A DNA stretch of 61,952 nt, the filler included, from Hausera hauseri (lineage: Eukaryota), in assembly GCA_046269625.1 (NCBI GenBank). It is 11 parts of 11 records of this genome, joined end to end, with 100 filler letters (N's around TTAATTAATTAA, not from the genome) between each part and the next. Parts side by side here need not be neighbours in the genome. Positions count along the whole stretch, not along the records: positions 50,128 to 57,763 come from JBJURY010003791.1; positions 57,864 to 61,952 come from JBJURY010769096.1; 9 more parts are not named here. One strand, given 5' to 3'. The position numbers and the translations under genes were made by a program. Position 1 is the first letter of the stretch. Each line of letters begins with the position of its first letter. The notes beneath the pieces were generated by a model that had not been told where the DNA came from, did not search any database, and saw only the letters and a list, made by a program, of their open reading frames with translations. Below are positions 50,165 through 61,952 of this stretch, piece after piece.

Positions 50165-51364
50165 TTAATGTAATGCCCCGACTAGCTCCACTTCTGTCGA
50201 GGCTTTTGTATTTATCGACTCTGTGATGGATTCTTCGTAGTCTTCGTCAATATTTGCAACGTATTCATGCCTGCTGTTCACTCTTTCTCCATATTTTTTC
50301 TGACTATACCCCGCACGTTTGAAATTGTCGGTATGCGTGTTTTGTCCTCTTCTGCTCTTGTTCAATTTTGTATAGCACTCTTCTTCCCTGTGCTCTCTAT
50401 TGTGACATCGATTGAATTTTATGTTTATGCAATTTCGTCTTATGTGCCCTTGTTGACCGCACCCATAGCATATTATGGGTTTTCTTTCCAGGCAATTCCT
50501 GTTAATATGTCCTTCTTTCTCGCAACCAAAACATCTTGGTGCTTGTTGGAGGTTGCATTTCAGGCTTGTATGCCCGCCTTTCTGGCATGACCAACATTTC
50601 ATCGTCGTCGTTGCCTGCGTATTGTGCAGATTGAAATCCTTCCTTTCCTGTCTTGGTTTGTCCCGTTTATTCACCGCCACATCCCGGTAACTCTGTCGAC
50701 ACTCTGTAGTGTATTCTCTGACTGTGTTTAACTCTTTCGTTTTTGTTTCCACTTCGTAGACCTTCCGTATTTTTTCTTTGATCTGTTCCACGCTTTTTTC
50801 GTCACTACGATAGATTTCTTTTCTCATCTCTGGATTGTCGCAACAGTGGATCATCAATTCCTCTGATAGGGCTTTCAATGTTACTTTGTGGCTAAGAATG
50901 CTCTTCGCCAATTGTTCAATTTTGTTGAAATAGGCGTCCGGTTCTGTCCCATTCATTCTGTAATCCAATGCCTCCTGCAAATCTCGGCACAGCGTGGTGG
51001 GTTTTGCAAAGGCTTGTCTCAAAGTATTTTGGTAACCTTTCACCTTCTGGCTCACCAGCCGGTATTTTTCCTGTTCTTCGTCCGCCAATGGGCACAGGAC
51101 CGCGGTTTCCCGATCCGACTCCAACATCTTTATGAAGTCGAAGGATCTGTCGCATTTTCTAATAAAGGTTTTCACGTTATCACATTTCTGGAATTCTTTT
51201 CGCACCAATTTCTTCTTGAAGAAGTCTCTTGAAGCGTGGTTCGCCATGTTAGTAGATCGCGTTTCTACCATTCCGACCTCAACGTCATTCGATGATTGTA
51301 AAATTGAATTTTGCATAAGGAATTTATTATAAATGTTTGTATAAGAATTATCTCCTTCCCTCAT
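50165..51364 (-). CDS. gag: Ty3/Gypsy Gag with four CCHC zinc knuckles (uninterrupted ORF; true start may be M32)
   Basis: CWSCQKGGHTSLKC, CFGCEKEGHINRNC, CYGCGQQGHIRRNC and a degenerate fourth knuckle. Homologous to 55692-56600. Confidence 0.9.
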   Translation of the reverse strand: MREGDNSYTNIYNKFLMQNSILQSSNDVEVGMVETRSTNMANHASRDFFKKKLVRKEFQKCDNVKTFIRKCDRSFDFIKMLESDRETAVLCPLADEEQEKYRLVSQKVKGYQNTLRQAFAKPTTLCRDLQEALDYRMNGTEPDAYFNKIEQLAKSILSHKVTLKALSEELMIHCCDNPEMRKEIYRSDEKSVEQIKEKIRKVYEVETKTKELNTVREYTTECRQSYRDVAVNKRDKPRQERKDFNLHNTQATTTMKCWSCQKGGHTSLKCNLQQAPRCFGCEKEGHINRNCLERKPIICYGCGQQGHIRRNCINIKFNRCHNREHREEECYTKLNKSRRGQNTHTDNFKRAGYSQKKYGERVNSRHEYVANIDEDYEESITESINTKASTEVELVGALH

Positions 51365-51559
51365 TAAATGATTCTTCTTTTCATCCTTTTTTGAATTTCC
51401 TTACTTTATATTGGCTGTTTATTGATTTAACTTTAAATTGAATTTAAACATTAATATTCGCTTAAATTCCTCCTCACAATCACAACTGCATTATGAACTT
51501 GCAGAATTCGAAAACGTGCAAGGCGACAGAAACAACGGTACCTGTCACATCGAGCTGTA

Positions 51560-54548
51560 CCATATACTGAGGATTTTATCTCTGAGATTGGCTAAATGCT
51601 CAAGGAGGAAATCGTCAACTACACGGAAAAGCATAGTGCATGGCGAATTGTAAAGATCGTCATTCTCGACTTTATCATTACAATGTCGAGTGACATGAAT
51701 TACTTGTCGGAGCGATCATTCATACCGACACCTGCAGCCCTAAAGCACTCTGAAACTGTAGTCAATGTAGAAAATAATAGCGTCGAATACTGTTTTCTTT
51801 ACAATGTTTTAGCATTATTAAAATATTACGAAGTGCCCAGAAATCGTGCAAATCTTTCTAAACAATATCGTCGGTATTTTTCCGAATTTAACTTTGATGG
51901 AAGCTGGATGCCGATGAAACTCAAAACCATTCCGGCTTTTGAATCGCGTAATCCGACATTTTCAATCAACGTTTTCCGGTACAACTCAGAAATAGAGATA
52001 CCGGCAGACGAGAAAATTTACAAAAATCCTCACGTGGACATAATCTATCGAAGTCGAAACCCGAATGGACGTCCAATATACCTGTTGTTGTTGCAGCAGG
52101 CTGCTAAACATGGACTATGACCAGGTCATCCAAAAACAAATACGCTGCAAATGGTGCCCCATATGTTTTCATGACTTCAGATCAGAAGCGAGACTGGTCG
52201 AAAACGGACAGTCCAACATATGTGGTCTATGCCGATGTTGCAACAATTCTACCGCGGCACAACATATACGACCAAAAGCACAATCCAATCGCCGTCGGTA
52301 TGTTGGTAGTACCAATAAAAGCTACCGAACAACCACACTATTACGTTTTCCACGGATGGAACTGCACCAGTTGGAGGCAATAGTGGAAGAGAAAATCGCG
52401 CCGTGGTACAGAAAGAAAAGCCCTCAGCCTTTGATCTGGACAGACGAATACGAACGCCTTACGTTTGCGTTCACAGACAAATGCTACCTGTGCCACAAAA
52501 TATTACCATTTGATAAACAAGAACGGCTCGTACTTGATCACAACGACTTTACCGGACAATACCTGGAAGCAGCATACAATTCATGCAATTTAGCACGGTG
52601 TGTGCGGCCATTCCTTCCGATGAAATTTCATATAACTTCCGGGGTTATGATTGTCACCATATTCTGTAATGGTCCATTAATGGATTTCCACATTGGGAAC
52701 TATCTATAATTCCAACAACGATGGATAAATACCTGTCTCTGTCGGCACGCATAAACCGGTTCAAGATGCGACTCCTTGACTCATTACAATTTCTCAATGA
52801 GTCTCTAGAAAAGCTGGTAGATGCCTTGCCGGATGTGCCGTTAATATAAACGCAGTTTTCGATGCATATTCCCGTATGATTTTGCTGTATTGTACGAGCG
52901 GCTTCAGACAACAGAGGAATTTCCGCCGCAGTGGCCAAGTATAACAGAGCACAGGAATCTTGGTCAGAGCTCGGCTGCAGAAGCCTATTGGATTGCATGC
53001 TCCGGTATCTGAAACTGGACGTGTACTTGGTGGTCGACGTGTTTTAGACATTTCGGACTAAGGCGTTGGCAGAAGATAGGCTGGAGCCACTCAAATTTTA
53101 TTCCATACCGGGAGTGAGTTGGGCGTCGTCTCTGACATCATTGGATCGGCACACTGAGCTGTTGCAAGACCCAGAAATGTACTGACTGTTTGCTGTTGGT
53201 ATTCATGGCCACATGACATTTGTGAACAAGCACCACGTAACTAGTGATGATAACACCAGATCACTGCTGTACTTTGACATTAATAACCAGTACGGTTGGG
53301 CGCTTTCACAATCCTTGCTGTACGGTTCATTTGAATGGTTAACGGACAAGCAAGATCTGGAGGCAATATTGGAAAATTTACAGAGAGCACACACTGCAGA
53401 AAACAGCTCATTCCGTTACCTGATGGAATTTGATCTCGTGGTACCAGATGAGTTGCATGACGCTTTTGACCAATTGTTTGTCGCGCCAATCAGCCAATGT
53501 CCGCTCGGCAGCTCAAAGGTAAAGAATCTCATGACTCATGAACCAAAGCTGAATTACGTGGTCCATTGGCGTCTGCTACAATTCTACATGCAGCTCAGTG
53601 TATGCATCACACAGCTGCATCGCGCAATCAAATTCAATCATGCGCTTATATTCAAGGCATACATTGACGGAAATGCAGAAAAACGAGACGCAGCTTGTAC
53701 AAAGTTTGAAAGGACTACTACAAGTTGAAAAATAATTCTCTTTACGGCAAAACGATAGAAAACCTCAAAATGCGACTCAATGTGCGCCTATGTAACAACT
53801 AAAAGCGGCTGGTTACGTACACCAGCAAGACTCAGTTCAGATGGTCAATGCACATTGCAGATGGATTGATCGCCATGCTGTTAAACGGGGAAGAAGTCGT
53901 AATGGACCGATCAAGATATATCGGACAAGTGGTATTTGACCTTAGCAAGTTGCGAATGTACGAGCTCCAATATCGCGACTTGGCACATTATCGGCAAATG
54001 TTCGACGGCTGTGATATCAGTATCGTTGCCGGTAACACAGGCAGCTTTTTCCTTGAACTAAGAAACGTCAGTCTCGATTAACTGCTCCGCCAAATTATGG
54101 CAGATGAACTACTGGACACGTCAAATTACCTGATGAATCATCTGCTATATAGTAACGCCATCACAAACAAAATCGACTACTTTAAGGATGAAAGAGAAAG
54201 CCGTGTTCAGTACCGATAATGGATATTCCTGTGCCCAAAGTACTACAGTCTCCGGACGAACTGTGGACCGAAAATGAGCACAAAAGGCGTTCAGTTGGCC
54301 CAGACGAAAATCGACCACGATGATTATTGCCGTATCTATGAAGCAGCAGCAGCAGAAGAAGAAGAAGACGGAGGACGACAAGAAGGAGGAGGAGGAAAAT
54401 TAATGTCTGTGTCAAACGACCATATTATCGATTGAGCATCAGCTGTATACTATAACGAACACGAAAATCGCTTTGTAATGTAATGATGATAAGCGAAAGT
54501 GGGTGGGGCAAAATGAGACTTGGGCATATGGCATTGGCGTTTGAAATA
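51560..54548 (+). pseudogene. polB: Polinton pPolB family A copy 3, nearly full length, heavily decayed
   Basis: Collinear with 9855-13000: EYCFLY, DINNQYG, NNSLYGKT, DDKRKW...AYG. Confidence 0.93.
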
Positions 54549-54859
54549 ACACACACGTGATTCCTTATGTGCTCCGACGATTCAAGACAGACAGTTACAG
54601 TCATTTGTACGTTGTGACAATTACTGAAATTTTGTGATTTTTATTGCTGTTATGTCACAATAAGGTATTTTTGTTCACCGACTTTTTTCTTTCTGCTTTA
54701 TATTTTTATTTAATTTTCTTCACATTAAATAATGAACAAGAAAACGTTAGTTATGATGAAATTTTAATACAGAATTAAAAAGTCAATTTAACATTACAAG
54801 TGTAGGTAAGTTTATTAAGCATTAATCACAAATCACAATATCACGTCAAATCAAACTGA

Positions 54860-55250
54860 ATTATGCCCGTTTCCACATCGGGGATTTCACGAACATAATC
54901 TTGGGCCTTTCAGCTTCAGAATTAAGTCGCCTTTAGCCCCTTCAGCTGGCAATGCTTCTGGTGCTTTTCCATTTGAACGGACAATTTCTCGCATATTGCC
55001 CTCGAGAAAAAATGAGGAGGTATCTCGGATATTTTTAGATAGCTCCAAGTCACTGTCGAGTTTTTTCATTGTTTCCTCCATTGCATCCATATCATTGTCG
55101 TTGATTTTCTTGGCCAGCAGACCACACTTCACCTGACCAGTTTTATCGGTTGAGCCAACGTCAATCGAACAGGCGTTCGTATAAAGTTCAACTTGTAAGC
55201 GTTGTACAACTGGGCCGGTCTAACCGAATATTCGTTGTATAGTCAATGGA
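54860..55250 (-). pseudogene. Homologue of the small ORF at 9154-9535, convergent with PolB
   Basis: Protein-level alignment by eye and identical arrangement. Confidence 0.65.
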
Positions 55251-55639
55251 AAGCCGTAGATATTTTTTAAAGCACAAATTGGTCCATGATCACGATACGG
55301 ACATCTAATATTGTCAGGTACTATCGCCAGCACGCTGTTCAATTTTGACTATGTTGTCATTCGCAACTCGGGAAAGTGTAAATGTAGTTGCGTAAACTTT
55401 TGTCCGTCTGTGAGGATATAATCGATAATTGAAATACTAAAATTAAGTTAAAAGCATTTTAAATTTTAAAATTCGACAATGAATTTAAAATTAAAAATGT
55501 AAATATTAAAAGTGTGATTTGATTTTGGAATTTTTAAAAATTTGTTTCAAAATCAGTATTTTGAGATATAATAAAAATGTTCAACAACTGGTGTTAACTT
55601 TTCAATAAATAACTATAAACGATCCTATTTTGCTTCTAA

Positions 55640-57763
55640 GGACATACCAGGGAGCGGGGATTTTCTAACCCTCCCCAAGATTGTCGACGATGTGGACCGT
55701 GTGGATGCGCACGCAACCAACATGGCGATTTACGCCACAATGGACATCTTCGCGAATCAATTGTTGCCCAGCAAATTCAGGAAAGGCTACGACGTGAAGA
55801 AGTTCATTAAAGGATGTGCAAAATTCTTTAAATATATGAACACCCCGGCGGCAAAGCGAGAGATCATGGTTGAATGTTCCTTGGAGGAAGATGCACTAAA
55901 AAGCTACAAGGCAGTAGATGCAAGAATAACGGGATATCAAAACCGACTACAAAAGGCTTTCGCCCGATCCTCAACGCTATGCGAAGATCTAAGAGAAGGG
56001 CTCGAGTACAGAATGAATGGAGCGGAACCGGAGGCTTACTTCGAGGCAATCGAAAAACTTTTAGACAAAGTCATGAAGCACAATCTTTCATGCGAGGCTC
56101 AAGGCAGCACAAAATATCAGGAAACCTGTTCCTAGAATCAACACAACCCCAACTAGAACATCAAATAGTAGATTAAAGTGTTGGACATGCCAGAAGGAAG
56201 GACGTACGTGCAGATCTTGCACGGTACGAAGACCTATAAAATACTTTGGATGCGGAAAAGAAGGACACATAAGCAGGCAGTGTCCCGACAGAAAACAAAC
56301 AAGATGCTACGGATGTGATCATCTAGGGCACATCAGACGAAATTGTACCAACCTTAGGTGTGCGAGATGCCACCATAGGGGACATACAGAAAAGGAGTGC
56401 TACACCAAGCTAAAAGGGAAAAGAGAACCAGGATGGGATATATACAAAGTGAAAAGAAGGTATGGGGATAATCTGTACAGAAGACGGGAGAAGTAGCAAA
56501 CGTAGTAGAAGAAGAAACAGAATCGGAACAGGAGTCAATTGCCCCAAAAGACAGAGCCTCGATAGAAATGGAGCAAATCGGGGAGCTACAATAGATTCAG
56601 GCTCCCACAATATCGTTATGTATTATAGTAATAGTATATAAAACAGTATAGATGGATCAAGAAGAAGGGGGCACGGAGGTATGGTGATGTATAAAAGGAC
56701 ATAGGAAAAAGTACGGAAATATATGTAAGCGGCAAATTTCCAGGAAGTGTCCATCAATGGAACGGAAGAAAGTGAGAACGATACGCAGATCTTCACGCTA
56801 GACGAATTGTATGTCGAATAGATATCATACAGAAAGTTTAATGGACGACCAGGAATCAAATTAAAGATACAACACAGATAGGAAGATTGCTTATTGGACA
56901 CGGCAGCCAGGGTAAACGTCATAAGCAAGAAGACCGTGGATAAACTTGCAAACACGCACATAGAGAAACTAGATACCACACTACAATGTGCGAATAGTAG
57001 CCATTATATTGCCTGAGCACACTGTCAACAGACATAGAAATCAAGGGTCTAAGGAGATGTGTGGCATTTCTGGTAGTGTCGGAATTACGCCGAGAAATAA
57101 TAGGTGTTGTAGACCTGCAAAAGGCATTCGCAATAGAACTCGGATGGAAACGCATGGAAACAGAAACATTACAGCACGATATATGCAACCTGGAAGCCAA
57201 ATTGGCAGTAAGGTGAGTAACCAAGAACGAGTCAACAGGGTGAAGGAAGCTCTTCACGTGAGTGACAACAAAGAGGTACTCAACATTATACAGAAATACC
57301 CAGAGGTATTCATGACCAACAAGTGGGACATAGGGTGCACATCTCTCATCAAACAACGAATAGACATGACAGGAGCGCCGATTAATATCAAACCTCACAG
57401 GCAACCAGTAAACCTAGAGAAAAAGATTCACGAGACCATCCGAAACATATGGGAAAAGACATTATCAAGCCATGTAACTCTGCATGGAATACACCAATGA
57501 TATGGGTATGGAAGAAAGACAAGAACGATGCTAAAATATGCCTGGACGTCAGACAGCTGAATCTTATAATCGAAGGGCAAGTCTTCCCCATGCCTAACGT
57601 GATAGAGATATTGTACAAGTTATACGGGAATAAGTTTTTCACGTCAATTGACCTAGAGAACGCATACTACCAAGTCGAGCTAGAGAAAGACTCCAAATTG
57701 AAGACGGCGTTTTCAACCAAATTAGGGCAGTTCTGTTTCAACAGGATGCCATTCGGTATAGCA
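55640..57763 (+). mobile_element. Decayed Ty3/Gypsy gag-protease-RT
   Basis: Gag similar to 50165-51364; CLLDTAARVNV protease; DLENAYYQV and RMPFG in RT. Confidence 0.92.
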
Positions 57764-57869
57764 NNNNNNNNNNNNNNNNNNNNNNNNNNNNNNNNNNNNN
57801 NNNNNNNTTAATTAATTAANNNNNNNNNNNNNNNNNNNNNNNNNNNNNNNNNNNNNNNNNNNNTTTTAT

Positions 57870-59104
57870 TTATACAATGACGGTTCCGTTTTTCGTTATT
57901 TCCACCTCGGCATCAAATACACCGTAAATGTACATCACGGCAGATTGCTCCAACACTATAGCAAAGTGAACCTCCAGTCGTAGGTTTCCCTGCTGAGGTA
58001 CTTGAGTCTGTTCAACGTCATAGTCTGGAGCCAAGACAAAGGTGAAGAATGGATAGGTGGACTTGAACAAATCCATTGATATGCCATTGTTGATGTTTTT
58101 GTTAAGCAAACCCATGTTGCGCACGATAGACTGCATATATGTGCAAACGTAATCATTAGACTCAAATTCTTGTTTGTACGTCTCAACGAAATCCGCATTC
58201 GGACCCAAATTGATGTAATTCACATTGCTATGGGTAAACGTTTCCGAATCTGTCGTGTAACTGCCCGTTTGTTGAACAGTCGTTTGAAATGTAACGAGCA
58301 CAAATTTTGGCAATCGCATGTCGCAAAACAGTGCATCTTTGTAAAACGTAGTTGACCCTTTCGTATGGTGTAGAAGACGAGTTCTGTGCGTTGTATCGGG
58401 TAACAAGCATTTTGCATTTCCAAGCCCAATCGACGTCCCATGAGCACGGATGCTTCTACCTTTACTCGACGTACGTATAATCGCGCCTCGGTAATTTTCA
58501 TTATGGGTTTAAGCTGTGCAACCGTGGTTTTCAAACAAAAGACATTGTCGCTGCGTTTAAGCCTAATCATGGCTTTAACACCGAGCAGTAGGTATTTTGG
58601 CTGATCAAAAAAGTCAAAGTACAGCGGTCCACACATGGTAAGAGGTTTTGATTCTGTCACCCATGCCTGACGGTGTGCTGTTGTGGCATCATATCCGATG
58701 GTTTTCTTCAAATAAATCGTTTTCGTGTCAGTACTGTAATTCACAGCCGTTTCAATGAATGCTTTGATACTGTATAAAATTGTGTTGCCTTCGATTTTGA
58801 CGCTGTTCATAGTCAGTGAAGCCTCCTGGAACAGTGTGAGGAAAGGGTAATTGGCCGGTGTGACAGTGTTTGTTGCAGCGAGAACCGTTGACGAATCCTT
58901 TTTAACAATGACTTTTACATAGAGTAGCGTATCGTTCAAATCCAGGTATTCATTGGCCGATGCAATAATATTGAATTGAATGTCAATGTTATCATTTATT
59001 GAAACCGAATCAACGGGGTAGATTTCTTCAAATGCCGCATTGTCAGTAACAACTTGTGGCGCGCCTTTGTCAAATATACACAATTCAGATTTTTCAGATG
59101 CCAT
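57870..59104 (-). pseudogene. Polinton/adintovirus major capsid protein (double jelly-roll), one frameshift near 58370
   Basis: KSELCIF...PQV, EYLDLNDTLLYV, HF/LF..ASL, FFDQPKYLL.GV, ARLYVRRV, GNLRLEVHF, YGVFD..VEITKNGTV. Confidence 0.9.
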
Positions 59105-59127
59105 TTGTCTGTCTTTCTGTCAATCAA

Positions 59128-59490
59128 TCAATCGAAAATCATACGACGACGACATATGTTTATAGTTGAAAAGCTAGCTGATCTACCACGTCCACGTTTT
59201 CTCATCAAGCCACTGCCAGCGAATTGTTTTTTGACTGATTCAACGACTCACAGTGCAGCGCTTTTTATTCTCGACAAGGCGTGTTCCTTCAGTGATGGTA
59301 AAATCGATTTGTTTTCATATAGTACGCCCTGTGCTGTTTTTGCTGCCACAGCACCGATACGCTTCAACACCGGAAATGCTAAACGTGCCAATTTGCTCAA
59401 CCATCCAGAGCCATACTGTTTACCAACGAAATATGGTAGTTCACCGCCCTCCTGAGGTTTACTGTAAATGGAAACGATTTCAGAATCAAT
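59128..59490 (-). pseudogene. Small Polinton core/membrane-active protein (QxGxG motif, amphipathic helix, Arg-rich tail); missed by the ORF track
   Basis: Reads ...QEGGELPYFVGKQYGSGWLSKLARLAFPVLKRIG...AGSGLMRKRGRGR...; one internal TGA at 59248-59250. Confidence 0.7.
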
Positions 59491-60571
59491 AATGTTTTTG
59501 TTGTTGGATTCGACGGAATTGAAGAGTTAGACTGATTGCGGTACTGTACGGAAATTCAATGAGGTAGTCCGCGTCACATCGGATATTCACTTCAACATTG
59601 TTTATAAATGTAAATGCCACAGGTAGGTACATTGCATTATCAAGCTTGACAGTGACATTGTCGCCGGCAGTATACTTGCTGCTTTCCGTATAAATTACAC
59701 GGATTAGCAGTACACGTACTCCACCAACCAAAATCGGTTCGGTGACACTCAAGTAAATGTAAATTTGATTTAGTCCCGTTTTCAGTTTGAGTTTGAGTGT
59801 TGCAACATGTGCCACCCCCGTCTTCGATGCCTCAAACCGCTGTTTTCCAAAACCCAATACATGGCCAAAGCTTTGTCCAATGAAATGTCAACAATAGCCT
59901 TAGCCAGTCCAAATTTAATGTACCCATTTGCATCTGACTCAAAAACTTTAAATATCGCCTTGTACTTTTGATTTGAAGAAGAAACGTGTAGACAGAAATG
60001 TGCTACAGATTCGCAATATACATTGTCTCCAATCGATACGTATGACGTTGACAGCCTTTCTGTTGTATAGGTAAATTTCACCGTTGTCTGGCAATATACA
60101 GGACTTAATCTAGGAGCAACTATATCTTCACTTTCAATACTTGTACCTTTGTACTCTGTATTTTTGAATCCAAATTTCTGCGCCATCTCAGAGAACTCAA
60201 AAGTAACAGTAAATTCAAAATTACCATAAAATGTAAGTATTCCCCTAAAATAAAAACACCGATCTTGCCATATACACAGTAATTTTTACTAGTCGTGCAA
60301 AACCCGATTTTCCAACTGTTATTTTATTGTCAGTAAGTGTCAGAGGGCAAGAATATATTTTGGTTTCAGTAGAAGTCTTGTTGTGCGTTATTTTCATAAT
60401 ACCTTTCAATGTCATCGGTGCGTAGGGAAAGTTAAAGTCCGTCAGTGCAACCTCCCGTTGTCCAGCAGATAAATCCAAAGGATTGTTTTAATCTACAACG
60501 CATTCACTGGCGGAATTGTTCAAACGAGTCGTCGGACAACTGTTGCTTGGAAACACAATGTAAATACTCAT
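59486..60571 (-). pseudogene. Polinton minor capsid protein (penton), copy B
   Basis: N-terminus IYIVFPSNS...NNS...PLDL...EVALTDFNFP. C-terminus IYIY....EPILVGG....LIRVI...MYLPV....INNVEVNI...LTLQFRR. Confidence 0.82.
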
Positions 60572-60625
60572 GATATCGATGATAATGATGATAATGACGC
60601 ATTTTGTTTATTATTGATGACTACG

Positions 60626-61625
60626 TCAAAAATGTAACCGCAAATGTGTCGTTGACCCGAATAGAAATTTAATGGGTTCCCAAAATTCATCAAGCATATA
60701 CACGGAAATACTGTGCACAATATTGCGAGACAATGATAAGTACATGAGTCTGAACATAATAATGCGAACAGTTTTACCCGATGATGATGTTTTGTACGAG
60801 TCAGAATCCAGTTTGATAGAAGCCAGCAGTTGTTTACGTCCTCCACCAACGAGTACAAATACGGTTAAGTCCGTTAAAATGTTGGTTTGGTGAAATGCTC
60901 CATAGAGTTGTGGTTTGTATTTGGCAACGATAGATCGTCCAACAATGTTTTGATGGAATTCGGGTTGTGAAAAACCCACATTTCGAGCCAATAATTCATC
61001 AAAGGCAAAATATGTAACCTTGTCATGTAGTATAATCGAAATATGATCATCTGAGTTTATTTCACATGTCTTTACGGCTAATGTAGCCGTTTTCTTGACA
61101 CATTCACACAATTTCAGTTTCGTTACCATTAGTAAATCGTGTGGTATAATATAAGAAAGGTCCAATTTTTCACCAATTATAACATGCTCACATAGCTGTG
61201 ACGTTTGAGTGTACATTGATTGATCGAAAATCCCATGCCTGAGCATCAACTATAGATTTAAACTGCATTTCAATGGAATTTCGATGCATTAGTTTCCTAC
61301 GGTAGTTTGAAAAATAAGCATAAATCGAGAAACTTTGTCGCGAATAATTGCAAAGATTATATCGATTATTGCATCGGATTGTACCCAAACGACTTGAAAT
61401 AGGGTACCTTTCTTGCCTGGTAAAGTAAATACCATTGTTCTGACGCATTGTCAATGGTGAAAATGTAAATGTGAATTCCATCAAAACCACTTTCCAGACT
61501 CCGTGGCGTAAATCGACAGGTTGGTACAAGTGCACGGTAAACTGTTTAACGGTATTGTCATTATTGTCGTCATGTTGTGATAATAATCTGTTACCATCAA
61601 GTACCAAGTAAATGCTGCTGCTCAT
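60626..61625 (-). pseudogene. Polinton minor capsid protein (penton), copy A
   Basis: N-terminus IYLVLD.N...DNTVKQFTVHL..PVDL..GVWKVVLMEF. C-terminus TDL...VLVGG...QLLASI...MYLSL....VHSISV...DEF.EPI.F.....LRLHF. Confidence 0.8.
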
Positions 61626-61952
61626 TGAATCTGTGATACAAAAATCCAACTCGGTACAATGTATCCGTGCCACGTGACGAAATATTGATTATTCGAAACT
61701 TTGCTGCATGAAAGTAGAATGTCCTAAATACGATATACATCGGGTTTCTCGGGAAGTACCTGCAGTCCCTGTTCGTAGAATTTACCGCGTATTTCCTCGA
61801 CTTTTTCATCCTCTAAAACGTACATGACAGGTCTTTGTTTTGTGTTGATTGCCGAAATGCGGAAAACCTCGTCGTTCCAGTTCTGATTGAAATTCTTAAT
61901 GAATGGCGTCGTACTTATTTTTGAAATACGTACATAATCACCGATTTTATAT
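61622..61952 (-). pseudogene. Polinton integrase C-terminus (chromodomain-like), partial
   Basis: IGDYVRISK...F.K...QNWNDEVF.I...P..Y.LED...EEI.GKFYE..LQ...YFVTWHGY..PSWI. Its stop overlaps the penton ATG (ATGA). Confidence 0.85.

Noticed and set aside
51337-51478. Short TG...CA LTR upstream of the intact gag
   Set aside because: No second copy or primer-binding site is visible, so it cannot be supported.
54340-54400. GCA/GAA/GGA triplet expansion in the PolB C-terminus
   Set aside because: Simple slippage in a variable loop of a pseudogene.
8310-57863. Recurrent TTAATTAATTAA as a biological repeat or piggyBac target, and synteny across contigs (for example PolB with the capsid block, or env element with Polinton)
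   Set aside because: It is an artificial linker embedded in Ns; adjacency across it carries no information.

Overview
This window is not contiguous DNA. It is 11 short, AT-rich eukaryotic contigs joined by an artificial 100-nt linker (N44-TTAATTAATTAA-N44), so gene order across linkers is meaningless. Most of the recognisable content is decayed mobile DNA: several Ty3/Gypsy LTR-retrotransposon lineages, Polinton/Maverick (adintovirus-like) pieces, and piggyBac, Tc1, mariner, hAT and EnSpm/CACTA remnants. The Polinton pieces are five protein-primed PolB segments plus an integrase-penton-penton-core protein-hexon block. One apparently intact small cellular gene encodes a secreted Cys-rich peptide with a 48-nt intron. 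One contig (28522-34870) looks teleost-like and may be host or foreign DNA. The most unusual element is in contig 1 (1-8309, minus strand). It is a Gypsy element whose reading frame, apart from scattered stops and about three frameshifts, runs: internal signal peptide, chuvirus-like class III fusion glycoprotein, TM, PTAP tail, protease, RT, RNase H, integrase, second internal signal peptide, fibronectin-III-like ectodomain, TM, YxxPhi tail. So env lies upstream of pol and a second membrane protein lies downstream. A second Gypsy element (40018-43056) appears to carry a ubiquitin-like domain fused in frame to Gag. All domain calls come from motif recognition by eye; no searches were run.
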